DNA of 60,660 bases from Chiloscyllium plagiosum (taxonomy: Eukaryota), in NCBI RefSeq assembly GCF_004010195.1, contig NC_057749.1, positions 12,970,137 to 13,030,796 on the forward strand. The letters run 5' to 3'. The translations under genes were made by a program, and so were the position numbers. The notes beneath the pieces are model-generated. The model saw only the letters and a program-made list of their open reading frames with translations, was not told where the DNA came from and ran no database searches. Every line of letters starts with the position of its first letter. Positions within the stretch are counted from its first letter, which is position 1. Below, in pieces: positions 12,501 through 27,418 of the stretch.

Positions 12501-15500
12501 TCTCAACCGAACCCAGCAGGTAATGGGCAGAGTGAAAGTTAGGTTGTGTTATTGTGGAGCCTGTACCTTGGGGCAGGAGGGAATTTTGAGGGGGGGCATT
12601 GTCGCACTGTCGGAGGGTCAGTGCTGAGGGAGTGCCGCACTGTCGGAGAGTCAGTGCTGAGGGAGCACCGCACTGTCTGGGGGTTTGGTGATGAAGGAGC
12701 GCAGCACTGTCGTGGATGAGGGGGGGTCAGTGCTGAGGGAGTNNNNNNNNNNNNNNNNNNNNNNNNNNNNNNNNNNNNNNNNNNNNNNNNNNNNNNNNNN
12801 NNNNNNNNNNNNNNNNNNNNNNNNNNNNNNNNNNNNNNNNNNNNNNNNNNNNNNNNNNNNNNNNNNNNNNNNNNNNNNNNNNNNNNNNNNNNNNNNNNNN
12901 NNNNNNNNNNNNNNNNNNNNNNNNNNNNNNNNNNNNNNNNNNNNNNNNNNNNNNNNNNNNNNNNNNNNNNNNNNNNNNNNNNNNNNNNNNNNNNNNNNNN
13001 NNNNNNNNNNNNNNNNNNNNNNNNNNNNNNNNNNNNNNNNNNNNNNNNNNNNNNNNNNNNNNNNNNNNNNNNNNNNNNNNNNNNNNNNNNNNNNNNNNNN
13101 NNNNNNNNNNNNNNNNNNNNNNNNNNNNNNNNNNNNNNNNNNNNNNNNNNNNNNNNNNNNNNNNNNNNNNNNNNNNNNNNNNNNNNNNNNNNNNNNNNNN
13201 NNNNNNNNNNNNNNNNNNNNNNNNNNNNNNNNNNNNNNNNNNNNNNNNNNNNNNNNNNNNNNNNNNNNNNNNNNNNNNNNNNNNNNNNNNNNNNNNNNNN
13301 NAGGGAGCGCCGCACTGTCCGGGGGGGTTGGTGCTGACGTAGGACCTCACTGTCGGGGGGGGGGGGGCGGTCGGTGCTGAGGGAGTGCTGCACTGTCGGG
13401 GGGGGGGGTCCACATTTGTGCCTCCCTCCTCCTCCTCCCCTCCCCCCACCATCCCACCCAACATTTATAAATGATGTGCTAGAATAAGGGGCAGTTGAAT
13501 AGAAATACACAATGCTGATTTCTGGGATGGAGGATTGACTTATCAAGAACATCTTATAATTTTTTCTCCCATGTTACTCTTCTCCAATTGGTTTGTCAGG
13601 TCAATGCAGGTTAAAATCGCCCATAACAATTTAAGTGCCCTTCTTACATACCTCCATTATCTTCTGATTAATATTTTGTCTCTTGTTTCTTTTTGACTTC
13701 CTTTTAATTGAAGTCTCCCACCAGTATTTAATTTAAAGCCATATCTACAACCCATGGTCCATAATTCGCCAGGACACAGGTGTCAGCAAAGTTCAAGTGA
13801 AGCTCTTCCTGTTTCCCCAGAGCCACAAGAATCTGTTTGTCCCATCCCGATTTGCATGTGGCACAGCTAGTAATCCTGAGATTCACTTTTTCAGTTCTGC
13901 TTTTTAATGTTGCCTTGAGCTGCTCTCAATCCCTCGGCAGAACCTTTCACCTTGTCCTAACTATGTGGGTAGTAACAATGTTGACCATGACAATTGGATC
14001 TCTTCCCCTCCCATTCCAAATTTCTTATCATCTCTGGAGAGCTGACTTGAAACTTGGCTTTGGATGGACAGTGCAGCCTTCCAGACTCTCAGCAGAGGAC
14101 AGTACAGTCTCCCACTGCATTTCTTTTCTCTTCCCCCACGTATTGCTCTTCTGGACCATGGCTCTTTGGTCATTTTGGAGAAAGTAAGGACTGCAGATGC
14201 TGGGGATCAGAGCTGAAAATGTGTTGCTGGAAAAGCGCAGCAGGTCAGGCAGCATCCAAGGAGCAGGAGAATCGACGTTTCGGGCATGAGCCCTTCTTCA
14301 GGAATTTCCTCATTCCTGAAGAAGGGCTCAAGCCCGAAACATCGATTCTCCTGCTCCTTGGATGCTGCCTGACCTGCTGCGCTTTTCCAGCAACACATTT
14401 TCAGCTCTTTGGTCATTTTGTTTGTCCTCCCTGCACTATGTCCTTGGTTCCCCCCCTAGGAGCAGGAGTAGGGCTTAAGCCCGAAACGTCGATTCTCCTG
14501 CTCCTTGGATGCTGCCTGACCTGCTGTGCTTTTCCAGCAACACCCACTCGACTAGGAGTAGGCCATTCGGCCCATCAAGCCTGCTCCACCATTCAATAAG
14601 AACATGGCTGAGCTTTTCGTGAACTCAGCTCCACTTACTCACCCTCTCATCATAACCTTAATTCCTTACTGTTCAAATTTCTATCTTTACCTTAAAAACA
14701 TTCAACAAGGTAGCCTCAACTGCTTCACTGGGCAGGGAATCTGACAGATTCCCAACCCAATGGGGGAAGAAGTTCCTCCTCAACTCAGTCCTAAACCTGG
14801 TTTGAGGCTATGACCCCTAGTTCTAGTTTCACCCACCAATGGAAACAATCAGTCTACACAATCTCTCCTCACTAGGTAACCCTCTCAACTCTGGAATCGG
14901 AACCCTCTGCAGACTTTGTGTCCTCTGCACACCTTCCTCTCCCACTCGTCTTAGTGTCTTCTATGAACTTTGACACACTACACTTGGTCCCCAACTCTAA
15001 TTGATGTAAATTGTAAATAATTGCAGTCCCAACGATGATCCCTGATCACTGCTGGAAACATGTCTTTGTAATGTCTCTGTTGGGACCTCAAGATCCCCTT
15101 CGGTTAATCGGTATTCAGATAATCGTGGTTCCCTTGTGTTCCTTTTTTTAAATTACTTGCTGCATGTGCAAAGCAACCGTCTGTGATTCATGCCCAAGGA
15201 TACCCAGGTCCCTCTGCACAGCAGTGTGCTACAACTTTTCCCCATTTAAATAATAGTCCATTTTGCTGTTACTTCTACCAAAATGGATGACCTCACATTT
15301 ACCAACATTGTACTCCATCTGCCATGCCCATTCACAAGCTATCTCTAACCCTCTGCAGACTTTGTGTCCTCTGCACACCTTCCTCTTCCACTCGTCTTAG
15401 TGTCTTCTATGAACTTTGACACACTACACTTGGTCCCTAACTCTAATTGATGTAAATTGTAAATAATTGCAGTCCCAACAATGATCCCTGAGGCACACCA

Positions 15501-17813
15501 CTGGTCACTGACCATCAATTGGAAAAACACCCATTTATGCCCACACTTTATTGTCTGTTAGTTAACCAACCCTCTATCCATGGTAATAAATTACCTGTAA
15601 CGCTATGCACTTTTATCTTATGCAGCAGCCTTTTGTGCAGCACCTTGTCGAATGCCTTTTGGAAATCCAGATACACATACTCACCGGTTCCCCCATTGTC
15701 CACCGTGCTTGTAATGTCCTCAAAGAATTCCAGTGAATTAGTTAAACATGACCTGCCTTTCGTCTGCCCATGGGCTAATTTCTATCCAGATATGAAGAGA
15801 GTGTTTGGTATGCTTTCCTTTATTTGCCAGTGCATGGAGTAGAAGAGTTGGGAAGTCATGTTACAGTATATTAGTTAGGCCACTTTTGGAATACTGTGTG
15901 CAATTCTGCTATAGGATGATGTGAAACTTGAAAGGGTTCAGAAATTTTACAAGGATATTGCCAGGATTGGAGGGTCTGAGCTATAGGGAGAGGCTGAACA
16001 GCATGGGACTGTTTACTCTGGAGTGTCAGAGACTGAGGAGTGACCTTGTAGAAGTTTATAAAATCATGAGGGGCATGGATAAGGTAAATAGAAAAGATCT
16101 TTTCCCTGAAGGGGTGGGGAGTTCCAGAAGTGGAGGGCATAGGTTTAGTGTGAGGGGGGAAAGATTTAAAAGGGACCTAAGTGGCAACTTTTTCATGCAG
16201 AGGTTGGTACGTGAGCTGCCAGAGGCTGGTACAATTACATTTAAAAGACATCTGGATGGGTATATGAATAGGAAGGGTTTAGAGGGAAATGGGCCAAGTG
16301 CTGGCAGGTGGGACTAGGTTAATTTAGGATATCTAGTCGGTAGGACAAGTTGGACCGAAGGGTCTGTTTCCATGCTGTACATCTGTGATGCTGTCTCACT
16401 ATTTCTTCCTTGTAGATTGAAGCATTTTGCACTTTACAGAAGTTTAGTAACAGACCTGTAGTTACCTCCTTTGTTTTAACATCACATTTGCTGTTTTCCA
16501 ATTTGCTGGAACCACCCAAGAGTCCACCGAATGTTGGTAAATTACCATGAGCACCTTTGGTATTTCCCCATTGTTTCTTACATTCCATCAGGATCAGGTG
16601 ACTTGTCTACCTTTTGCCCCATTAGCTTGCCCAGCACTACCTTTCAGTGATAATGATTGCTTCTAGGTCCTCACCTGCCATGCCCGCCTCGTCATCAGTT
16701 ATCGGCATGTTATTTTGTATCTTCCACTATGAAGATTGACACAAAATACCTATTCAATACCTCGTCCATTCCTCATTTCCAGTTATTAAATCCCCTCCTC
16801 ATATTCCAAAGGAACAGTGTTTACATTAGCCACTCTTCCTTGTTTTATATATTTGTCAAAATGTTTGCTATCTATTTACATTCTTAGTTTACTCTCAAAT
16901 TCTATCTTTCTTTGTAGTTTTCTGTTGATTTTTGAAGATTTCCCAATCCCTTAGTTTCCCACTAACCCTTTTGCCACTTTGTGTGCATGAGCTTTCACTT
17001 TGATACCTTCCTTTATTTAATTATCTCTGGCTGGGTATTTCTTTTTCTACAGTCCTTTCTTTTTGCTGAAAACTATGAAAAATCACTTTGAAAGTCCACT
17101 GTTCCTCATATGTAGCCACACCTTCCAGCATCTGACTGTGTGCATCAGATTTGACTTGATTAATCTAGGTGTGACTGTCTCCTGAAATTTAGCAGAACAC
17201 TAACTTTCCCCTCCCTGATGTCTAGGTGTCAGTGGCTCACCAACTCTGAGTCAAGGATCCTCAAGCATCCAAGACTTGATGTTGTGCCCATGGGTCACAC
17301 CGGTGACCAACAGCTCTTACAGCTGCAACACATGGTCTGCCCAGCCATCTCATCTGTTTATTTAATTTGGATGTTAAAATATTTTAAGTGGATTTCTTAA
17401 CTGTACTCTGATGTAAATCACAGCCATTCAAAAGGGACACAATGGAAATGCCTACCTGTTTTCCTGTCATAGTACACTCCAATCCTGACAGGGTAAAGGA
17501 GCTGTTTGCTGCTGTTGTCCTTCTCGTGCTGGCTTGCTCTTCACTTTCTGATGCTGCTGTCCTGACACACACTTTATGATGCAATGTTGCTACTTGAGAC
17601 ACTGCTCTGCTATCCAGGGTTATTCTGAAATTGGGGATGGATGAGACCATACTCACAGCTGCTGCTTGCTTTCCAGGCCTTCTCCCCAATGTGATTGTGA
17701 TGGGTGTTCTTCAGGGATTGTACCTCACGGAACCGGATTCGGAAATCCACAGTGGAGCAGGCTCTCCAGGAACAATGAAATTGCACATTCCTGGACCTGA
17801 AAGCTTTGTCTGA
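3478..17813 (+). CDS. SNX22: Sorting nexin-22 (PX domain), spliced; coding exons 2-7: 3478-3561, 9643-9747, 10089-10189, 12258-12290, 12458-12519, 17677-17813; exon 1 not located
   Basis: All exons AG/GT-bounded and phase-compatible. Spliced product VFRVEVLNNGRKHLVDRRYRDFQALHKK-LKKTTKTPDFPSKRGLNRRPKALEQKRSGLEAYLQ-SLVCECDNWTLSREILDFLNIKHIP...LPNVIVMGVLQGLY matches the SNX22/SNX24 family. Tail-to-tail adjacency to PPIB (not PPIC) favours SNX22. Confidence 0.9.
3785..6690 (+). mobile_element. Old, fragmented CR1-clade LINE pieces with nested short inserts
   Basis: DLDLDMQGTVFEFADNSKLG, EQRDLGV and LERVQKQF motifs; endonuclease-like GDFNL segment near 6590. Confidence 0.6.
5203..5364. mobile_element. 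Short fold-back Penelope pLTR derivative with degenerate hammerhead
   Basis: Inverted arms agctgaaaatgtgttgctgg.../...ccagcaacacattttcagct; centre ctgaaagtagggctcatgcccgaaacgtc. Confidence 0.75.
6697..6847 (+). repeat. ~69-bp minisatellite (gtgctgtccctgtcctgggagtgtttgatggggacagtgtagagggagctttactctgtatctaacccc)
   Basis: About 2 units; the array resumes at 8373 after a CR1 insertion. Confidence 0.85.
6846..8370 (-). mobile_element. CR1-clade LINE (5'-truncated RT) inserted in minisatellite
   Basis: KEKPGNYR, SQHGFVQGKSCLTNLIEFF, DVVYLDFSKAFDKVP, SKFVDDTKIGG; (ctatgact)-type 3' tail at 6846-6860. Confidence 0.92.
8373..8911 (+). repeat. ~69-bp minisatellite, about 7-8 units
   Basis: Tandem copies of ctgtccctgtcctgggagtgtttgatggggacagtgtagagggagctttactctgtatctaacc. 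Confidence 0.95.
9643..9747 (+). CDS. SNX22: SNX22 coding exon 3 (105 nt)
   Basis: ctacag|TTA...CAG|gtaagg; LKKTTKTPDFPSKRGLNRRPKALEQKRSGLEAYLQ. Confidence 0.92.
9783..9954 (-). repeat. 33-bp minisatellite (GC-rich variant), about 5 units, SNX22 intron
   Basis: ggcgctgagggggcgccgcactgtcggagggtc in tandem. Confidence 0.95.
10089..10189 (+). CDS. SNX22: SNX22 coding exon 4 (101 nt)
   Basis: Pyrimidine tract + cag|AGT...GAG|gtcagt; SLVCECDNWTLSREILDFLNIKHIPVGKSPNTV. Confidence 0.85.
11055..11400 (+). mobile_element. CR1 3' end nested in older CR1 (10995-11720)
   Basis: LRGDLIEVYKIMR, gtatggaatgagctgccagaggaagtgg, CR1 3' UTR. Confidence 0.85.
12258..12290 (+). CDS. SNX22: SNX22 coding exon 5 (33 nt)
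   Basis: ttctttag|TGCC...ACAG|gtgagc; phase 2-2 mini-exon ALDQLDLQNY keeps the frame. Confidence 0.8.
12458..12519 (+). CDS. SNX22: SNX22 coding exon 6 (62 nt)
   Basis: tgtccag|G...GCAG|gtaatg; FFCHQVVSFTKDAFSQPNPA, resembling the family HQ.V..F..D motif. Confidence 0.8.
12600..13400 (-). repeat. 33-bp minisatellite spanning an assembly gap
   Basis: cgcactgtcggagggtcagtgctgagggagtgc units on both sides of the N-run. Confidence 0.85.
14178..14403. mobile_element. Fold-back Penelope pLTR derivative with two head-to-head hammerhead motifs; 17-bp TSD
   Basis: TSD gctctttggtcattttg at 14161-14177 and 14404-14420; CTGAAGA..GAAA cores on both strands. Confidence 0.85.
14270..14305 (-). ncRNA. Minimal type I hammerhead ribozyme motif
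   Basis: attcCTGAAGAa gggc tcat gccc GAAA c GTC gat on the - strand. Confidence 0.7.
14550..17100. mobile_element. Cluster of CR1 fragments: old (-) element interrupted by a (+) 3' fragment at ~15790-16390
   Basis: (-) VSKFIEDTK; (+) FTRILPGLEGLSYRERLNSMGLFTLECQRLRSDLVEVYKIMRG. Confidence 0.8.
17677..17813 (+). CDS. SNX22: SNX22 terminal coding exon
   Basis: ttccag|GC...; LLPNVIVMGVLQGLYLTEPDSEIHSGAGSPGTMKLHIPGPESFV* containing the conserved PNV.V.GVLQGLY motif. Confidence 0.88.
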
Positions 17814-18521
17814 TGGTTCTTTAGGATTTATTGTGATAGTTTTGTGTGTGAAACTCATTACTGCTATTAAATTCATCACTTCCTTTCTGTAACAGTGTGG
17901 TAAGGGTGAACTGTCCCCCATTTCTTGGGCTTGGCAAATGTGATGGGTCAAATACCTTGTATTTGAATTGAAGAGTGAGTGAGACTTGCTGCAGGAGGCA
18001 TGTGACTAGGGTGACCAATCCAACTTATTTTAACAAATGAATGTATGACATGATCTTGAGCCCTGTCTTGTCCTAGGCCTGTGAGTGTTTACTGGGACAG
18101 TCTCAAGGAACTTTTTGAAAGTGAGATTTACATTTTGTATACAAGAATAGAGCAAGCTTTGCTCTGTATCTAACCTTATGCTGTCACTGTGTCGCTTAAC
18201 TGGAATGGTTTGGAGTAATTTAATACACACAAATTAGAAACCTTCCCACCAAAATTTATTTTTTCCCAGCTGCTGTAATATTTTCCTCATCCATCTGTTT
18301 CCCAGTTTCTGCTGTAGAACAGCAGACCATGTGTAATTCAACACACTCTCAATGAGGCAAGGAATGGACTATTTCTCTAGTTACTCGTCACTCTGATGCA
18401 GGAACAGGATTACTGGTCAAACACACGCAGTATCATCCATTGTTATGGGGAGTTCAGGAACTGAGCTGGATTTCATCTCATACAGAACACTACACAACCA
18501 AGCACTAGAAAACCAACCATG

Positions 18522-18527
18522 TTTATT
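18522..18527 (-). terminator. PPIB polyadenylation signal AATAAA
   Basis: tttatt on the + strand about 135 nt downstream of the PPIB stop, followed on the - strand by a GT-rich tract; a second AATAAA lies at 18255-18260. Confidence 0.65.
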
Positions 18528-18661
18528 AATGCTGTGTACTTTTTACAAACCCAAGGAGAACCAGAGAGTCTGGAATGTTTGGATATCTACACAGCCTGGA
18601 AGCCCAGGATCAGGATAATAGCAAACAGGATTTTCCCAGTTGTAAGCCAAGTGGCTGCAGC

Positions 18662-22724
<4,063 letters not shown>

Positions 22725-22759
22725 CCGGGCACCACGAGGTCAGGGGGTGGGGATGACCC

Positions 22760-23415
22760 CACCCGGAAACGGGGACCTGGGCCGACAGCGAGGCTTGAGG
22801 GGCAGCACCGCCCCGCAACATGGCGGCTGGGAGAGACCATCACAACACCAGAGAGGGAACAGAGCTACATACCAAACACTGTTGCAGCACGTAGGCTCCT
22901 GTCAAACTCGCATTATAAAGTAATATATATATTGTTGCATGGTATCCCCACGTCAGCTCATATAGTGTCCAAATCTAATGACGGATCTTTAAGCGAACCC
23001 CTACCCTCCGAATGGTCCATGCGAAACCCCAATTTGCCCGATGTACGCGTGCGCCCATATTAGGATAGTCCATTTTGTGTGGAGGAGACACTGGACGTCA
23101 TTAACACACAGAACTTCAGGAAATTACGTGAAATCTATGAAAATATGACATAAAAAGAATTTTACATTTAATTTTAAATTATTATAAAATACGTTAATTT
23201 GTTGTAATGTTTCCTCGTTTAGACTTTTCAGAAGTGTATGGAAGATTATCCCCTTTTTTTGTGGTACATCCGGAAACCCTGCCGGCATGTGCCACGTTAC
23301 CCATTTGCGATTGGCCACGTGAGCGCCAGCATGGGCCAATCAGAAATGACAGACTGTAGAGATTAACCAATGGGAAATAGCTGCTCTGGTCTGCGGTTTG
23401 TGGACGAATCAGGAA
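22760..23415 (-). promoter_or_regulatory. PPIB promoter region (CpG-rich; YY1, TATA-like, UPRE, CArG, E-box, CCAAT boxes)
   Basis: On the - strand: GCCGCCATGTTG (YY1-like, ~22815-22826), AT-rich TATA-like stretch (22912-22932), TGACGTGG (22955-22948). On the + strand: CCATATTAGG (23055-23064), ATTGG (23310), CACGTG (23316-23321), CCAAT (23336, 23367). Confidence 0.6.
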
Positions 23416-23579
23416 AGTGTGTTGGTGCTGTTGCTGGGCAGATTTGGGTGGTGGGGGTAGACAATGGAAGAATCCCCATGACTGAGCTGAGTTTGGAGAG
23501 TTTAGATTGGGCAATGATAGCTCTCCAAACTCAGCCAATACTGTATTAACCTGGAGTTAGGTGTTTCAGGTGAAATTAA

Positions 23580-25105
23580 TAGATTCATAGAAAATAGAAG
23601 AGTACAGCACAGGAACAGGCCTTTTGGCCTACACATTGTGCTGAATGCCAAATTAAACTAATCCCTTCTGCCTGCCCTTTAGATTAGGATCCCCAACAGT
23701 GTGAAAACACACCCTTTGGCCCAACAAGTCCATACTGGAGAGAGACCCACCCAGATCTATTCTCCTACATTTACCCCTGCCTAACGCACCTAACACTATG
23801 GGCAATTTCCCATGGCCAACTCGCCTAACCCACACATCTTTGGATTATGGGAGGAAACCCACGCAGACACAGGGACAATGCGCAAACTCCACACCCAAGG
23901 CTGGAATTGAACCCAAGTCCCTGGTACTGTGAGGCAGCAGTGCTAACCACTAAGCCACCGTGCTGCCCTTGGTCCATATCCCTCCATTCCTTGCATATCC
24001 ATGTACTGATCTAAAAGTCTCTTCTACACCCCTATCGTATCTGCCTCCACCACCACCCCTGCCAGTGTGTTCCACACTCCTACCAGTCTCTGTGTAAAAA
24101 ACCTGCACTCATGTCTCCGTTGAACTTTCCCCCTTTCAAATGCACGCCTCTCAGTTTTTCAAATTTCAATTCTGGGAAAAAGATTCTGACCATAAATCTT
24201 ATCTATGCATCTCATAATTTTATAGACTTCTATCAAGTCTCCCCTCAGCCCCTGCCGCTCCAGAGAAAACAACACGAGTTTTTCTAGCCTCTCCGTGTAG
24301 CTCATACTGTCTAATCCAGGCAGCATCTGGTAAACCTCTTCTGCAACTTCTCCAAAGCCTCCACATCCATCCTGTAATGTGGCAAACAGATTTGGACATG
24401 ATACTCTGAATGTGGCCTAACCGAAGTCTTATAAAGCTGCAATATGACATCCTGACTCATATACTCAATTCCTCGACCACTGAAGGCAAACGTACCATAT
24501 GGCTTCTGTACCAGCCTATCTACTTCGTGGCCACTTTCAGGGAACTATGGACTTGAGAGGTACAGTTAGTAAGTTTGCAGATGACACCAAAATTGGAGGT
24601 GTAGTGGACAGCGAAGAGGGGTACCTCAGATTACAACAGGATCTGGACCAGATGGGCCAATGGGCTGAGAAGTGGCAGATGGAGTTTAATTCAGATAAAT
24701 GCGAGGTGCTGCATTTTGGGAAAGCAGACCTTAGCAGGACTTATACACTTNNNNNNNNNNNNNNNNNNNNNNNNNNNNNNNNNNNNNNNNNNNNNNNNNN
24801 NNNNNNNNNNNNNNNNNNNNNNNNNNNNNNNNNNNNNNNNNNNNNNNNNNNNNNNNNNNNNNNNNNNNNNNNNNNNNNNNNNNNNNNNNNNNNNNNNNNN
24901 NNNNNNNNNNNNNNNNNNNNNNNNNNNNNNNNNNNNNNNNNNNNNNNNNNNNNNNNNNTTTCCCTGGGGTGGGGGAGTCCAGAACTAGAGGGCATAGGTT
25001 TAGGGTGAGAGGGGAAAGATATAAAAGAGACCTACAGGGCAACCTTTTCACTCAGAGGGTGGTACGTGTATGGAATGAGCTGCCAGAGGAAGTGGTGGAG
25101 GCTGT
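23580..25105. mobile_element. CR1 fragments: (-) 23580-24550 and (+) 24550-25105 across a gap
   Basis: VSKFADDTKIGGVVDSEEGYLRLQQDLDQMGQWAEKWQMEFN; RVWNELPEEVVEA. Confidence 0.85.
23690..23968 (-). mobile_element. HE1-like tRNA-derived V-SINE nested in CR1
   Basis: Reverse complement of gggcagcacggtggcttagtggttagcactgctgcctcacag... with the V-domain gtgtctgcgtgggtttcctcc. Confidence 0.8.
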
Positions 25106-25258
25106 AATGGAGAATGGCAGTGGGGAGCGAGCAGGGGAATGGAATCAAGTTGAATAAGTCAAAGAGCCAGCTCACCACTGTTGGCAATGAGATTTTTGTG
25201 GGGCAGTGGGTAGTGACCCTTGCTCTGAGCCAGTGGATTTTGCTTCAAGCCATGACAT

Positions 25259-25350
25259 TCCTGAAGAAGGGCTTATGCCTGAAACATCGATTCTCCTGCT
25301 CCTTGGATGCTGCCTGACCTGCTGCACTTTTCCAGCAACACATTTTCAGC
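25259..25350 (+). mobile_element. 92-bp solo pLTR unit carrying a hammerhead motif; 14-bp TSD
   Basis: TSD tcaagccatgacat at 25245-25258 and 25351-25364; CTGAAGA at 25261-25267, GAAA at 25281-25284. Confidence 0.8.
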
Positions 25351-25374
25351 TCAAGCCATGACATGTCCAGATTT

Positions 25375-25850
25375 GTTATAGAGTCATACATGACGGAAAC
25401 AGAACCTTCAGTCGAACTCGCCAGCACTGGCCAGACATCCCAATCTGATCTAGTCTCATTTGGCCCATATCCCTCCAAACCCTTCCTATTCATATACCCA
25501 TCCAGATGCCTATTAAATGCTGTAAATGTACCAGCCTCTACCACTTCCTCTGGCAGCTCATTCCATACATTCACCACTGTCTGCATGAAAAAGTAAACTG
25601 TAAGCACTAACGATGATTAGGAATGCAGGGGTTTATTCAATAGTAATTTTAAAAGTTAGGTCCCTTTTAAACTTTCCCCTTTCACCTTAAACCTATGCCC
25701 TCTAGGTTTGGGCTCCCCGACCCTGGGGAAAAGACCTTGGCTATATATTCTAGGCATGCCCCTCATGATTTTATAAACATCCAGAAGGTTAACCCTCAAT
25801 GCTCCATAGAAAAAAGTCCAGCCTATTCAGACTCTCTCTATAGCTCAAAA
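25375..25850 (-). mobile_element. CR1 3' fragments
   Basis: VWNELPEEVVEAGTFTAFNRHLDGYMNRKGLEGYGP. Confidence 0.8.
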
Positions 25851-25896
25851 ACTTTTTTAAAATCGTCTGTGGACTGAATAGTCTCACTTGGCACAA

Positions 25897-27417
25897 GAGT
25901 CATAGAGTCATAGGGATGTATAGCATGGAAACAGATCTTTGGTCCAACCTGTCCATGCCGACCAGATATCCCAAACCAATCTAGTCCCACTTGCCAGCAC
26001 CTGGCCCATTTCCCTCCAAACCCTTCCTATTCATATACCCATCCAAATGCCTTTTAAATGTTGCAATTGTACCAGCCTCCACCACATCCTCTGGCAGCTC
26101 ACTCCATACATGTACCACCCTCTGCATGAAAACATTGCCCCTAAGGTCTCTTTTATATCTTTCCCCCCTCACCCTAAACCTATGCCCTCTATTTCTGGAC
26201 TCTCCCACCCCAGGGAAGAGACTTTGCCTATTGCCCCTATCCATGCCCCTCATGATTTTATAAACCTCTATAAGGTCACCCCTCAGCCTCCACACTCCAG
26301 GGAAACAGCCCCAGCCTGTTCAGCCTCTCCCTGTAGATCAAACCCTCCAACCCTGGCAACATCCTTGTAAATCTTTTCTGAACCCTTTCAAGTTTCACAA
26401 CATCTATCCGATAGGAAGGAGACCAGAATTGCACGCAATATTCCAACAGCGGCCTAACCAATATCCTGTACAGCCGCAACATGACCTCCCAACTCCTGTA
26501 CTCAATACTCTGACCAAGAAAGGAAAGCATACCAAACGCCTTCTTCACTATCCTATCCACATGTGACTCCATTTTCAAGGAGCTATGAACTTGCACTCCA
26601 AGGTCTCTTTGTTCAGCAACACTCCCCAGAACCTTATCATTAAGTGTATAAGTCCTGCTAAGATTTGCTTTCCCAAAATGCAGCACCTCGCATTTATCTG
26701 AATTAAACTCCATCTGCCACTTCTCGCCCATTGGTCCATCTGATCAAAATCCTGTTGTAATCTGAGGTAAACCTCTTCGCTGTCCACTACACCTCCAATT
26801 CTGGTGTCATCTGCAAATGTATTCACTATACCTCTTACGGTCACATCCAAATCATTTATATAAATATTGAAAAGTAGAGGCCCAGCACCAATCCTTGTGG
26901 CACTCCTCTGGTCACAGGCCTCCAGTCTGAAAAACAACCCTTCACCACCACCCTCTGACTTCTACCTTTGAGTCAGTTCTGTATCCAAATGGCTAGTTCT
27001 CCCTGTATTCCGTGAGATCTAACCTTGCTAACCAGCCTCCCATGGGGAACCTTTTCAAAGGCCTAACTGAGGTCCATACAGATCATGTCCACTGCTTTGC
27101 CTCATCAATCCTCTTTGTTACTTCTTCAAAAAACTCAATCAACTTTGTCAGACATGATTTCCCACGCATAAAGCCACGTTGACTATCCCTAATCAGTCCT
27201 TGCCTTTCCAAATACATGTACATCCTGTCCCTCAGGATTCCCTTCAACAACTTGTCCAGGCTCACTGACATCAGGCTCACTGGTCTATAGTTCCCTGGCT
27301 TGTCTTTACCACCCTTCTTAAACAGTGGCACCGTGTTAACCAACCTCTAGTCTTCCTGCGCCTCACCTGTGACTATTGATGATACAAATATCTCAGCAGG
27401 AGGCCCAGCAATCACTT
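25897..27417 (-). mobile_element. Relatively young 5'-truncated CR1-clade LINE RT
   Basis: VPLFKKGGKDKPGNYRPVSL, IYINDLD..FADDTRIGG, LVRPLLEYCVQFWSP; (ctatgact)n tail; several frameshifts. Confidence 0.93.
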
Positions 27418-27418
27418 A

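Noticed and set aside
14054..14599. Recurrent peptide MCCWKSAAGQAASKEQENRRFG as a gene family
   Set aside because: Incidental translation of the Penelope pLTR-derived repeat.
3478..17813. Assignment as SNX24
   Set aside because: SNX24 pairs with PPIC. The neighbour here is PPIB, and the PDFPSKR and GVLQGLY motifs fit SNX22.
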